Part shown: piece after piece, positions 50,401 to 59,612 of the stretch
Layout of the letters: each line of letters begins with the position of its first letter
Position numbering within the stretch: position 1 is the first letter of the stretch
NCBI GenBank assembly: GCA_000002435.2
Contig: CM018791.1
Length of the DNA stretch: 64,000 bases
From: Giardia intestinalis
Taxonomy: Eukaryota
Direction: 5' to 3' (one strand)
Translations under genes and position numbers: made by a program
Notes under the pieces: model-generated
Databases searched by the model: none
Seen by the model: the letters and a program-made list of their open reading frames with translations, nothing else
Told to the model about the DNA's origin: nothing

Positions 50401-51045
50401 GCTCGCTTCTCTTGTGATGGTACTCAGAGTGGCTTCTGCGAGTAGATGGTATAACTGAGCAACATACTCGTTGGACGTGCTCCGCTGAAGAGACGTGTGT
50501 AGAGCCTCCACCACTAGATCCCCGCCTGTCTGCCGAATAAACTTATCTTGATGCTTCATGCCAGATCTGCATGCATCTGCCATTCCCATACGGAACAAGG
50601 ATGCAACAAAGTTGGGTGGATAGGATAGGTGCCCATCAAATCTGTCGAGAGCCCTCAAGAGATCAAGGGCCGTCTCTGACAAGTCAAAATGATGGGCGAT
50701 GGTACAACACAAACATGAGATGGTGTTGATGGTTATCGCCGTTGCCTGTTCGTGTGACAGACTGGTAGTCGTGACCATAGAGTCTACTATGTCTGCTGAA
50801 AGCAGAGCAAATACTGTAGCGAGTAGCGACTGAGCAAATGGCTGGTGAAGATGTGCAAAGCTAAGGACCATAGATGAAAAGCTTCGGTTTTCAAGGAGCA
50901 AGAATCCAAGAGGTGCTTTTTCAAGGTCATGAAGAAGTGTGGTTGCCGCATCCTCTAGCAACGTGCTCCTTCCATTATATATTACTTTACCATCCTCAAT
51001 CGTGAGGACGGGTCCATTTGGCAGAAGGTCTGCGAGGCTCTGCAT
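47467..51045 (-). CDS. Hypothetical large (1192 aa) alpha-helical repeat (HEAT/ARM-like) protein.
   Basis: Long ORF. Its ATG is 32 bp from the divergent gene at 51078. Helical-repeat composition with no specific motif. Confidence 0.55.
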   Translation of the reverse strand: MQSLADLLPNGPVLTIEDGKVIYNGRSTLLEDAATTLLHDLEKAPLGFLLLENRSFSSMVLSFAHLHQPFAQSLLATVFALLSADIVDSMVTTTSLSHEQATAITINTISCLCCTIAHHFDLSETALDLLRALDRFDGHLSYPPNFVASLFRMGMADACRSGMKHQDKFIRQTGGDLVVEALHTSLQRSTSNEYVAQLYHLLAEATLSTITREASPYLSPSRGSYVCDCLIVLPVAEFNALLQAIIDIVGSQQNELLEGGLASLLEALDRQEASYFNSTTEAVLSELTFHASYKVRAGALRGLFFSPVALLVMSAERVCDVSNGVRSAACECMTLGALKIITDDTAEHSTLAVSALQSSGHKKVRTPHNWYVKAARTLACMLMDNTTLVRKAACKGLVSLLQHNPWGPSINSHELKILYNIVCKKYDRHLSFSYEDKIDLAVSLAISVLNESENTEVTDRNNARKQVDIVVSALRFAQIYEECLRLIRSHLVSTQLSDSEVFILIEACLEFKVYGSLEACCDLIALASASGTSTEALDSRVLTSVFRVLFENGIYKSEDIEGNTTKPLEGSDQSFVNEFVNRIIFFYSTIANTYPAEAHLRHDQLDRTITVLLGAIAKNTAKLTVPSALQDLLDFSRVTITRRNMIEKLLTGVLSEVDIVKYVSVRLLNMFTSIYNRFLVISSETVIRIMTIFVGALLSSKNTLFLKEMGILCYTLLSAAFSGNILEPILVTVQSHGENMKNSFLHLLQSVHNYIGNNPFLCFSEFVGILGLGGKVYIDNLSGMLMATNTVAHLIGYTSLYAELSGLLFNEYIHMLGNETAKNTLLNSGSIFMTGPNVPHSCDDIMEEFSELYVAADVALNALSTMCDSYDTGEIEVASGAVFYSLILNIGKFCATLPLNFKIKDPKTGNRRYFIEAALLLFVKAMKLPREHTNQSNPAQFAAYKSLISCVMTNSSVFTTKFALEQLFYPLLQNDWPEFQATGLLHLTQLISADYLKPETHILCALKLLSNDNDNVSSIAGILFDTIAKKQPNPLRSHISELISSLLTSMESATEEEYEFMIKYLIDMAVDASIVIALTKNIIHFADKYHTNELVIKRILYCVTYLHSKVISKASPNIVAEFRSVASQLMEWAGPNSQISSLLPDDVSTLSCVKASRRMPSRRTTGKTSRRSTKGLLNLSDLESDDSIEDGW

Positions 51046-51077
51046 GACAAGTAGAAAAAAGCCTCGAAAATTTAAGC
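51046..51077. promoter_or_regulatory. 32-bp AT-rich bidirectional intergenic/initiator region between the divergent genes at 51045 (-) and 51078 (+).
   Basis: gacaagtagaaaaaagcctcgaaaatttaagc sits between two opposed ATGs. Confidence 0.5.
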
Positions 51078-52370
51078 ATGGAGGAAACCCTGCCTCTCAC
51101 CTTCACAGTCGATGAAACGATACCGCCAGAGACGTTTCCCTTGGACGCATTCTATCGCTTTAATCACAAACTTCCATATAAATGGTTTACTTGTACCGAG
51201 CCGGAGATAGAGTCATGCAAGTACATAACAGCCCCTCCGAATTACAGACCCCAGGACACTGACGATCCCGGGTATCAGCTATATAAGCAGTATTTCAATC
51301 TGTCATTTGTTCTTCAAGAATTTCATAAGCTTGTTACCGAGGCGCGGCTGGGGAAAAGTTATCAGTATTCAGACGGCAAGCAAATGGTTCAAGCCTTCCC
51401 CAGTTCTGCTAGTATAGAGGGATATGAGCTGCTACTAGATGGTGCAACAGCTATGAATGGGAAGTTGGTGACAATTGGCGCTTGCCTCGCTAGATGTAGG
51501 CAGGCGAAGAAGGCAGTAGAAGAGCGCCAGAGACAGATTGATGCTCACGTTGACATGATAGCCAGGTATGGACGGGTGGCCCCTCTGGTTCTTGAACCGC
51601 GCTTCCTCCAACTGGCGCTATCAACAGACGAGATCTTGATGCTCTCCGAAGATCTAGGAAAGTATCTGCGTTGCAAACGCTCTGCTGTTAGGGTGTGTCT
51701 CCCCAACACAACTCTACCATTGACGAGGTTCCTGGCATGTTCAAAGTGTGGGAGCTGCGCGTCCATCAAAGCATATCTACGCTCATGTAATGTTGCGGCC
51801 ACGTTCGTTTATCTGCAACGTTACTATATGCACATCAATTCCCTAGCAAATATGCTGGATTTAGGTGAGATCATAATTGGCCCTAGCCCGGGGCAAACAA
51901 TATGCTGCAAAGTGAAGCTGTTCACCGAGAAAGCAAGTACAGAACATAATGAAAAGAACGATGAGAATAGGTCCAAACTGAATAGCACCGGTTACAGATA
52001 CGTGCCATCAGACTTTGACCTATCCATTAGTGAAGAGAGTGACGCTACAGATGTAGCTGCTGAAGAGCATGACGTGCTGCCAGATATGACGTTCATGCAG
52101 TCAGTGGCGAGATTAGACATTTCACTTCCACTGAATACCTTAAGTCCTAGATTGATCAGTGGCGTGCTCAAGTTGGCCCACGTGAGAGAAGAAAATCCAA
52201 TACACTTGGTCCAGGACCTTCTCAATGTACACACCTGTTGCGTGCAAAGGCTGAAACTAGGAGATCGAATATTGTTAGAAGCATCGTTCCCTCACCGCAT
52301 GACATTAATAAATGATCATAAAACACACACTATTTCGTCTAAGGATGGAGTGCTGTGTGGACATATGTGA
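51078..52370 (+). CDS. Hypothetical protein, 430 aa.
   Basis: ATG ORF. No family recognised. Confidence 0.5.
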   Translation: MEETLPLTFTVDETIPPETFPLDAFYRFNHKLPYKWFTCTEPEIESCKYITAPPNYRPQDTDDPGYQLYKQYFNLSFVLQEFHKLVTEARLGKSYQYSDGKQMVQAFPSSASIEGYELLLDGATAMNGKLVTIGACLARCRQAKKAVEERQRQIDAHVDMIARYGRVAPLVLEPRFLQLALSTDEILMLSEDLGKYLRCKRSAVRVCLPNTTLPLTRFLACSKCGSCASIKAYLRSCNVAATFVYLQRYYMHINSLANMLDLGEIIIGPSPGQTICCKVKLFTEKASTEHNEKNDENRSKLNSTGYRYVPSDFDLSISEESDATDVAAEEHDVLPDMTFMQSVARLDISLPLNTLSPRLISGVLKLAHVREENPIHLVQDLLNVHTCCVQRLKLGDRILLEASFPHRMTLINDHKTHTISSKDGVLCGHM

Positions 52371-52377
52371 AGCATCA

Positions 52378-55065
52378 TTATAGTAGTTTCACAAATTCTA
52401 TGAGAAAGTATAGTCTCCCGTTACTGCCAAGGATTCCGCGACCCTTACGGGTCATCTGTTCCCTATTGGAGCACTTACTAGCATAAAAGACGTGTTTTAG
52501 TAACTTGTTCATATTACTTAATAAGCTATGCTCTTCTTCTTCGGTAATGGGTGTACTAAAGTTCTGGTCATCAAACACCAGTATCATCCTCAACTTATTA
52601 TCAAACACCAAGGTATCGACATGCTCCTTTAATTTGGCCACTATGATTTTGAAGCTCTCTGTGTCGGTGCTCAACTTTGTCATCATGTCTATGGACAGCC
52701 TGTGCTCTTTGAGAATAAAAGGTTGCCTTGCCATGATCGTGTCCTTGAAGAACTGAATCCGGTAGAAGCACTGCTGCTCGACGCGCACTTGAAAGTTTGA
52801 AATGGCAAGCATCATTGAGGTTTCTGCTTTCTGTGTGTGCCTTCCTATTGATGACGGCCGTGCAGAAAGTGGGGGAGTGCTCAATTTGAGGTTGGGTGAA
52901 CAAGAATCCAGTTCGATCTTGAGCTCTGCTAGTAGACGCTCCACAAGTGTGTAAATAGCGTACCGCATGACACACAAATCTAGGTCACTCAGGGCTTGTG
53001 ATACACACGGATTTGGGGCTGAAGTTAGAGAAGCAATTGTAGAGGCAGCTGCACTTGAGTGGTTCGTGTTAGGACCTAGTGTGTAACCATCAAATGTACA
53101 ATCCTCTGGAAGTATCCACCCGTGCATGCTGTATGCGCCTGTATGTAGTATATAGCTCAAACCCTTCAGTAGTGTTTGTGCAGCAGGGCCTTCCATGTCT
53201 ACGAGCGTCTGAGAAAGACTTATCCGCTCACTGGCTTGGATATAGCTGGTTGAATTTCCCAGCTGCCGATAAATAAACTTCTTTGCTGGAGAGGCAGATT
53301 GCTTGTTCAGTGGAGGAGATAATTTTGATTTCGCTATATTGGTAGATGTCTTAGCCCTTCTCGGAGAGGGTTCGCGCAGAGTAGATGGAGGCCTTCCTGT
53401 TGGCGTCAAAGGAGAGTTTGTTAGCTGCAGAATGGACGTGAACGAGCCTGTGTTAGAAAGAGATGCTGGCTGATTGAACAAGACCACTTTCGGAGTTATA
53501 GGGAGGACTGCATCCAGCGTTCTATGTATTCTTTTATGCACTTCTTCATCTCGGTCTTTTAGAAAACTCATGGCATCATACAATTCAGAAACACAGAAAC
53601 ATTGGTTCTTGATGAAGTTTAGATTGTATTTAAGAGACGAAAGAGAAGTCACAGGCTCAGTGGCTTCAATACGGTCAACTGAGTAAAGAATGGGGAAGCC
53701 GGCAGTGTACAACAAGCTAGATGCCCGGGGGAAGAGCCTACAATACCAGTGCAGTGGGATGTTGACATAGTCAGAGCCATAAAACCGTGTTGCCGTGACA
53801 TATTTTATTGTATCGACTACATACCAGACACCTTCAATGGCCACAAGATTGCCAATAAGTGTTTCAGAAAGCTGAATGCGAAAAGCCGGAACACCTGCCT
53901 TGTTAAGAAGAAGCTGGAAAAGGTCTGGGATGATCGATGGAGACCCTATTGTATTGGTCATTACGGAATAGATATCTTTTGGGGAGTTGGTGTAGATGGC
54001 GCGAGTGTACGATGCATTGGTGCATGAGAATATTGGAAGAAGATTACTCATCACAATTGCCAGGCTAGCGTCGCCCACCAGGATACGGCGGATTATATCA
54101 AATACTAAAAGTTCTATCACGAAGGAATAGTCTACTTTGTACCTTTTCACACTGTGGACGGCTTCTCCTGCCGACACGGTCTTCACACGCAGCTTCCGTT
54201 GATAGTCTGCGAGAAACTGCTGCATATGCTGGCACAAATGATCCTGTGTGCGTAGCTTGCGGCACCAAATCGAAGCAGGGGATGACCAGGGGCTCGGATA
54301 TGCGTTGAAACAGATAGTTGTCACGACTGGATCCATACTGCGTGATGGCTCGCCAGCACCTGCCAGCCTAAGAAGCACAGGATAGAGGGTACTGTACTCT
54401 GGATAATCCCAATACAGACACGTCAAAATTAACCGAACATAAGACAGTGTGGTGATTATCTCGGGAACTAGGTTCAATAGACTGATTATAAACCTTCCTG
54501 ATTGAAGAGAATATGATAGAAGCTCATAGAGAAGTAGTAGTGAGCTACTGTACCTTGGGGAGCCCTCTGCTAGCAAAAGACGAGCGTACCGGGCACGGCC
54601 ATGATAGACTATAGCGGCTAATCTAGAGAGTTGATCACTGGAAAGATGTAAGTGGGCCAAGTCTGTGTTGGTGATAGAGGACGGCGCGAACTTGATCTCG
54701 CCTCCATTTGTGAGCTCAAGAAGGTCTTCAGCGTCTGGAATGGACGCTATATTATGTACCTTATGCCTTCGGGTACGCACAGGGGGCATGACTGGAGCTG
54801 TTGGAGCAGAGGGAGGGTGTGGCGGAGCCAATTTGGGTGCTATGTCAACACCGCAGGATTTGGGCCGTTTAGAGTCCCGTGATAAATGTGTGGAAGAACC
54901 AGATGTGTCCTTGTCTGGATCGCGCTGAGAGTCTGAGGCGCTTGACGTCTCTGTCACCTCTTGTGAAGTTCCCATTTGGAGCAGGCTTGTCTCGTCATCT
55001 GTAACAGCTTCCAAATGAGGGGTCACTATGGTGCTATAGCAGCCTGCACTAATCCCAGAACCCAT
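52378..55065 (-). CDS. Hypothetical protein of about 895 aa. The track start is TTG at 55092; the first ATG (55065) gives MGSGISAGC, a possible N-myristoylation/palmitoylation start.
   Basis: Long ORF. The MGxxxS consensus with Cys at +9. No family recognised. Confidence 0.5.
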   Translation of the reverse strand: MGSGISAGCYSTIVTPHLEAVTDDETSLLQMGTSQEVTETSSASDSQRDPDKDTSGSSTHLSRDSKRPKSCGVDIAPKLAPPHPPSAPTAPVMPPVRTRRHKVHNIASIPDAEDLLELTNGGEIKFAPSSITNTDLAHLHLSSDQLSRLAAIVYHGRARYARLLLAEGSPRYSSSLLLLYELLSYSLQSGRFIISLLNLVPEIITTLSYVRLILTCLYWDYPEYSTLYPVLLRLAGAGEPSRSMDPVVTTICFNAYPSPWSSPASIWCRKLRTQDHLCQHMQQFLADYQRKLRVKTVSAGEAVHSVKRYKVDYSFVIELLVFDIIRRILVGDASLAIVMSNLLPIFSCTNASYTRAIYTNSPKDIYSVMTNTIGSPSIIPDLFQLLLNKAGVPAFRIQLSETLIGNLVAIEGVWYVVDTIKYVTATRFYGSDYVNIPLHWYCRLFPRASSLLYTAGFPILYSVDRIEATEPVTSLSSLKYNLNFIKNQCFCVSELYDAMSFLKDRDEEVHKRIHRTLDAVLPITPKVVLFNQPASLSNTGSFTSILQLTNSPLTPTGRPPSTLREPSPRRAKTSTNIAKSKLSPPLNKQSASPAKKFIYRQLGNSTSYIQASERISLSQTLVDMEGPAAQTLLKGLSYILHTGAYSMHGWILPEDCTFDGYTLGPNTNHSSAAASTIASLTSAPNPCVSQALSDLDLCVMRYAIYTLVERLLAELKIELDSCSPNLKLSTPPLSARPSSIGRHTQKAETSMMLAISNFQVRVEQQCFYRIQFFKDTIMARQPFILKEHRLSIDMMTKLSTDTESFKIIVAKLKEHVDTLVFDNKLRMILVFDDQNFSTPITEEEEHSLLSNMNKLLKHVFYASKCSNREQMTRKGRGILGSNGRLYFLIEFVKLL

Positions 55066-55097
55066 CGCGGGAGGGATACCTCTCTGAGCCAAAATTT

Positions 55098-55904
55098 ATG
55101 TCTGTCTCACACTTAGCCCCGGAGTCGGCCAACCCGCAATGTGTGGATGACGTGTGTCTTAATTTGGTAGCATGCAAGAGCACACCGCATGATCGTGATA
55201 TTATGGAGCCGCAACTAAAGCATTTTACCGGTATCACAGACCCCTCTGCCTCACAGAAAACATTCTCGCTGTCCAAGCTTTGCGGGGAGCAGATTACAGG
55301 TACGCAAAAGGAAACTAAAGAAGATGAGGTGGCATCGACGCAGCAGACCCTGGTAATGTCCTGGAGATATGACAGCGATCCTCCGAAAATAACACGTAAG
55401 GAGATAGAGGACGCATTTAAAGCGCTCTCTATCGACACTTCTGTGACGGGGACAAGGGAATTCCAACATAAAATTTACATAGACTGCCTAACAAGGGTGA
55501 CCAAGCCACAGTTTGGGCCGATATGTCGCTACTTTGAGAGTTTGCACAAAAACACCCAGTTCTTCATGAGATATGATAAAGTGAACGACGAGGAGCAGGC
55601 GACTGTGTTCTTGGGAAACGTTCTTGGCCTCACTGCAAACGATCTGGCTAAATCCATCGAGCAAAGGCTTGGATTCATCCCCAAAGCTATTCGAATACCT
55701 ATTAACAAGCACACTGAAAAGCCTAAGCCAGTCGCATACGTGGTCTGTGATTCACGCGATCAAGCCAAAGAGCTGGCAGAAAACCTACGGGGCGAAAAGC
55801 TCGGTCTGTCCAGTGGCATCCGCACCGATCTGCTGGTTCACGAGGGCGAGTCCCGTGTAACTCTCAAGCCTAGGAAGCAACACAGTAAGTCTAAGACATC
55901 TTAG
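55098..55904 (+). CDS. Hypothetical protein with a C-terminal RRM-like domain.
   Basis: ATVFLGNVLGLTANDLAKSIEQRLGFIPKAIRIPINKHTEKPKPVAYVVCDSRDQAKELAENLRGEKL fits RNP2/alpha/beta/RNP1 RRM topology. AT-rich gccaaaatttATG. Confidence 0.4.
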   Translation: MSVSHLAPESANPQCVDDVCLNLVACKSTPHDRDIMEPQLKHFTGITDPSASQKTFSLSKLCGEQITGTQKETKEDEVASTQQTLVMSWRYDSDPPKITRKEIEDAFKALSIDTSVTGTREFQHKIYIDCLTRVTKPQFGPICRYFESLHKNTQFFMRYDKVNDEEQATVFLGNVLGLTANDLAKSIEQRLGFIPKAIRIPINKHTEKPKPVAYVVCDSRDQAKELAENLRGEKLGLSSGIRTDLLVHEGESRVTLKPRKQHSKSKTS

Positions 55905-56193
55905 ATTCAGATTCTAACTTGTTGCACACCTGTGCAAAAAAGTCGTCGGTGAACTGCTGACTCTGAGACATAAGCAAGCCCTCGATGGTAGGATACCCTA
56001 TCTGCGTTGCATGCTCTGGGGGACTGAGCACCTTGAACCCGGCTTCAGATAAATGAATGGTGAGAAGGACCCCGTGGAGCTTCAAAGTAAATGTAGCCGC
56101 AGTGGAGCTATGATCTAAGACGTTGACAAGCTCAAAGTCTCCAGCCGCAGAGCGTGATCGTATATACTCTAATTCCTCCTTGACCATAAGCAT
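55891..56193 (-). CDS. Small hypothetical protein (100 aa). Its 3' end overlaps the convergent gene by 14 nt.
   Basis: ATG ORF with a balanced, non-repetitive composition. No family recognised. Confidence 0.3.
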   Translation of the reverse strand: MLMVKEELEYIRSRSAAGDFELVNVLDHSSTAATFTLKLHGVLLTIHLSEAGFKVLSPPEHATQIGYPTIEGLLMSQSQQFTDDFFAQVCNKLESESKMS

Positions 56194-56250
56194 TTTTGGT
56201 TTCTCAATTTCGACGCTTGTGCACTACTTCCGGAAGCGTTAATGTACATA

Positions 56251-59200
56251 CTAATATGTGGGGCTATTGAAGTCTTCATTGCTTCCCAGCATCGTACTCT
56301 TGGCTCTGCTGCTCTGCTGCTTTCCCTTACGATGCTGACTCCGTATCATGAGATTCAAGGCCTTGACATCTTTATTTAACCGGACCCACAGAACGAGTGC
56401 CATAGTGTTCAGCGCCACAGCAAAGGCCGCGGCAACGGAGAAGGTGATAATGTACGTGGTGTTGTAGTCCTGGGATTGGATTGTGATGCTGGGGATGAAC
56501 CCCGAGTGTATACTAGTGTTAGTGACGCCGTCTATGGTGAGGCCCACGAGGGCTGTCTTCTTTTTGTTCCACAATTCGGCAAGGACTCTCTGGCAGCTCA
56601 TTCCAGCGTACTCCGTGCCAAAACCAGGCACCCAGTCTGTTTCGCATGAGAACCTGAGCACGTCTGTATCTCTGCTGAAGGTGCCTTGCTTTGCGAGCTT
56701 CCCCATTGAAAGGAGCATGGAGGAGTTGGTGTATATCTCGGCAGTGATCATATAGACGAGGGCGCCGGCCTCATTCAGACGGGTACTTGACACGTTGACA
56801 AGGTCGACTCCCTGCCAGATGGCGGCCTGCTCCAGGGTAGGGATGCTGCAATCCTTGGCCCCAGACTCTTGGAGGCGCAGGCTGAGGACTGTGGGTTCCA
56901 CTATGACTACGGTTCCGTTATAGCACCCAAGGTTGTATGTTACGTAATAGAAAGTAGACCGAATCATCCCGTTTCCAGAGGTGTCCATACTATCGTAAAA
57001 GGTGATGCGCACGTACCCATTCAACTTCTTCACAGTGCTAGTTGATACATTAGCAAAGAAACTGCGGCAACTGTCGGGGTGCACTGTCTTGTGATACCCT
57101 GTTCCACACAAAAACGGGATTGAAGCTGTCGACGTATAGGAAAAAGATGGAAAGGGTCTTTCTAAGACTATGGAATCGCTCGTTCTTTCATCCCTGACAA
57201 CCGCTGTTAACACAATTTGCTTAGTGGTGGGAGGAATAGAGCACAAGTGACTATTGATAGTATCATATCCTTTCATTACTGTGAAGACACTAATAGGTGA
57301 AATGACAACGCTGAACTCCTGTATGCAGTCCTCCATGTAGGTTGTTCGCAGGCTTGATAGTTCCACATCTACGTTTGCCTCCACTTCATCAATAATAAGC
57401 TGCAAAGACAATGTACCAGTCAACCAACTGACAGTAAAGTAGCTGTTGATACGACTAGCTAAGGCTGTATCGCGTTCATCGAGGGAGGCGCAATATGTTA
57501 ACTTTGAACTGGATATGGCTTCCACGGGTAGAGAGTATCTGTCATCTCGAGAAGTTAGATTATCGTTAAAATGAACAATAAGGGTGGATTGCACAATCTG
57601 GTTAGTAGATAAATAGGGGCATGCTTGGTTCCATGATAACCGAGCACATAACTGCGTGGTAGTTTCTTCCAGGGATTTGATATACTGAATACTGGAACCT
57701 TTGCTTATAAAGCAAGTATCATAGTCATACTTATCAAGAAGTATGTCACTTATAATAGTTGGCATGATATGCGTCGCTGACTCTATGGAAACAGAAGCGG
57801 ACGTGCTTGTTATCATCGCCAGCTTGCAGCTCTGCAAGGAGCTGGGATTACATGCGAGCCTTATCATGTTTGTATTTGAGAAACTAAAGTCGGATAGAGT
57901 CTGCACTATGGTGTCTTCGTAATCTGATAGGTTGAGTCGGACAATGGCCGTCGTGGAAAACGCTGCCCTGCACTCGGCAGTGTTTCTGGGACGCACGTTT
58001 AAAGTGAATGATAGGTTTTCATAGTTTGCTTGCAAGCTGATGTCCTCGCACCAGCATCCTTTTATCTCTGCCAAAACGGGGGCGTCCGCTCGCCGCACGC
58101 ATCTGTGGGTCTCCTGGTCGCACACGCTCAGTAGCGGGCAGTCGCTGTCGATGATGCAGCCAGCTTTGCACAGGTTGCCGCCGGCACAGGTCATAGAGAT
58201 CTGGTTCAGGGGAGATGTGGCTTGGGCAGCCAGCTGCTGAGTATTGTAATTGGCGTTACTCTCGAAAACACTGGGGTCCAAGGGCTTATTGTTTGTGCCT
58301 GTCCTCATTGGATCGCAGGGACTGTCGCTGTTTTTGGAGTCACATGTCAGATAGCAGAATCCGTCATCCAGGCCCTTGGTGTAACCATCTTGGCACGTCT
58401 CGGTCTTGAAGCGACACACCCCATCCAGTGCACACAGGGAAGGGTGTGGGCAGGCAACGCTCTTGCATTGGTAGTTGCAGGTTCCCTCGAAGGAGCACAG
58501 CCGGCCGCCCGTGCAATCCACGTCGCTGACGCAGACAGCCATGCAGTGGAGGCCTATGCAGGACAGTTTTGGGGTTTCTGTGCAGTCAGTATCACTACTA
58601 CACTTCTTAAAGCAAGAGCCGTAGAGGCATTCTTCCTTGTCCTGGCACTTGCTGCATTGATTGCGGCAGATACCGTCAGCCCCGCAAACCTGATCTGCAG
58701 AGCAATCGGTGCTACACTTCCAGACACAGGTGCCCGTGCTTGACGAGGTGGAGATGTTGCAGGTTTGTGAGGAAGAACAGTCAGCGTCATCCTTGCACCC
58801 GTCTTTGCAGTGCCCATTAAGACACGCCTCTCCAGTGATAACGCTGCAGTCCGCATTGAAGTAGCAGACCTTTTCGCAGTCTCCTGCGAGCGAGCACATG
58901 TAGCCACTGGGGCAGTCGGTGGCCTGGGCGCACTTCTGCCTGCAGACGCCGTTCCAGCAGTGAAGCCTCCCCTCTGATAAGCACTCCTTGGATTCCGTGC
59001 ATGTCCTGAAGCAAGACTCGTCTCTACAGACGGAGCCAGTGGGACAGTCGGTGTCACTAGCACATGTCTGGCGACAGATGCCGTCTATTCCGCAAGAGGT
59101 TTGGCCTGCACAAGACCCTGTGCAGCTCCAGCCACAAACTCCTTCAGCAGAACCAGAGGTGATGCAGCGCTGATTGTTTCCGCATCCCTGATCATTAGTA

Positions 59201-59463
59201 CATCTCATGGAACAGTGCCCATTGGTGCACTTCTGGCCTGCAGGGTAAATGCACGTGCCCTGGTGAGAGCATTTTTGCTGACATTTATTACTTGAACAAG
59301 CGACTATACCTGATGGTAGTGCTAAACTGGTTGAACATTCAGCATCATTGGAACACGATATTTGCTTTATATCTTCAACAACAGAGATAGCAGTATGTAG
59401 GTCACATAGTGCTGTGGTAATTGTAGTTAATAAGACAAGCAATCCGTAGATCACTGCATGCAT
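56251..59463 (-). CDS. High-cysteine membrane protein (HCMP-type; not a VSP because it lacks the CRGKA tail). It has a signal peptide, a ~470-aa CxxC-rich N-terminal half, a ~500-aa Cys-poor Ser/Thr-rich region, one TM segment and a ~45-aa cytoplasmic tail.
   Basis: Signal MHAVIYGLLVLLTTITTALC. More than 10 repeats of the C..DC..G..C....C type (CASDTDCPTGSVCRDESCFRTCTESKEC...). TM YIITFSVAAAFAVALNTMALVLWV. The C-terminus ...NEDFNSPTY is not CRGKA. Confidence 0.8.
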   Translation of the reverse strand: MHAVIYGLLVLLTTITTALCDLHTAISVVEDIKQISCSNDAECSTSLALPSGIVACSSNKCQQKCSHQGTCIYPAGQKCTNGHCSMRCTNDQGCGNNQRCITSGSAEGVCGWSCTGSCAGQTSCGIDGICRQTCASDTDCPTGSVCRDESCFRTCTESKECLSEGRLHCWNGVCRQKCAQATDCPSGYMCSLAGDCEKVCYFNADCSVITGEACLNGHCKDGCKDDADCSSSQTCNISTSSSTGTCVWKCSTDCSADQVCGADGICRNQCSKCQDKEECLYGSCFKKCSSDTDCTETPKLSCIGLHCMAVCVSDVDCTGGRLCSFEGTCNYQCKSVACPHPSLCALDGVCRFKTETCQDGYTKGLDDGFCYLTCDSKNSDSPCDPMRTGTNNKPLDPSVFESNANYNTQQLAAQATSPLNQISMTCAGGNLCKAGCIIDSDCPLLSVCDQETHRCVRRADAPVLAEIKGCWCEDISLQANYENLSFTLNVRPRNTAECRAAFSTTAIVRLNLSDYEDTIVQTLSDFSFSNTNMIRLACNPSSLQSCKLAMITSTSASVSIESATHIMPTIISDILLDKYDYDTCFISKGSSIQYIKSLEETTTQLCARLSWNQACPYLSTNQIVQSTLIVHFNDNLTSRDDRYSLPVEAISSSKLTYCASLDERDTALASRINSYFTVSWLTGTLSLQLIIDEVEANVDVELSSLRTTYMEDCIQEFSVVISPISVFTVMKGYDTINSHLCSIPPTTKQIVLTAVVRDERTSDSIVLERPFPSFSYTSTASIPFLCGTGYHKTVHPDSCRSFFANVSTSTVKKLNGYVRITFYDSMDTSGNGMIRSTFYYVTYNLGCYNGTVVIVEPTVLSLRLQESGAKDCSIPTLEQAAIWQGVDLVNVSSTRLNEAGALVYMITAEIYTNSSMLLSMGKLAKQGTFSRDTDVLRFSCETDWVPGFGTEYAGMSCQRVLAELWNKKKTALVGLTIDGVTNTSIHSGFIPSITIQSQDYNTTYIITFSVAAAFAVALNTMALVLWVRLNKDVKALNLMIRSQHRKGKQQSSRAKSTMLGSNEDFNSPTY

Positions 59464-59612
59464 AGTTTCGTTATGGCAACTTGCAAAAACACTGTCTCAG
59501 TTGTTATAAGTAAAAATATACTTGTGAGAGCCAAAGCTTTCAATTTTTTGATCTCATTTCAGTCCCTAGGTCCTGCACATCATAAGGTAGCCCGTCAGGC
59601 AATTGTGGCAGT

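Noticed and set aside
56251-59463. Calling the Cys-rich gene a variant-specific surface protein (VSP)
   Set aside because: The C-terminus is ...LGSNEDFNSPTY with a ~45-aa cytoplasmic tail, not the invariant CRGKA pentapeptide. This fits HCMP better.
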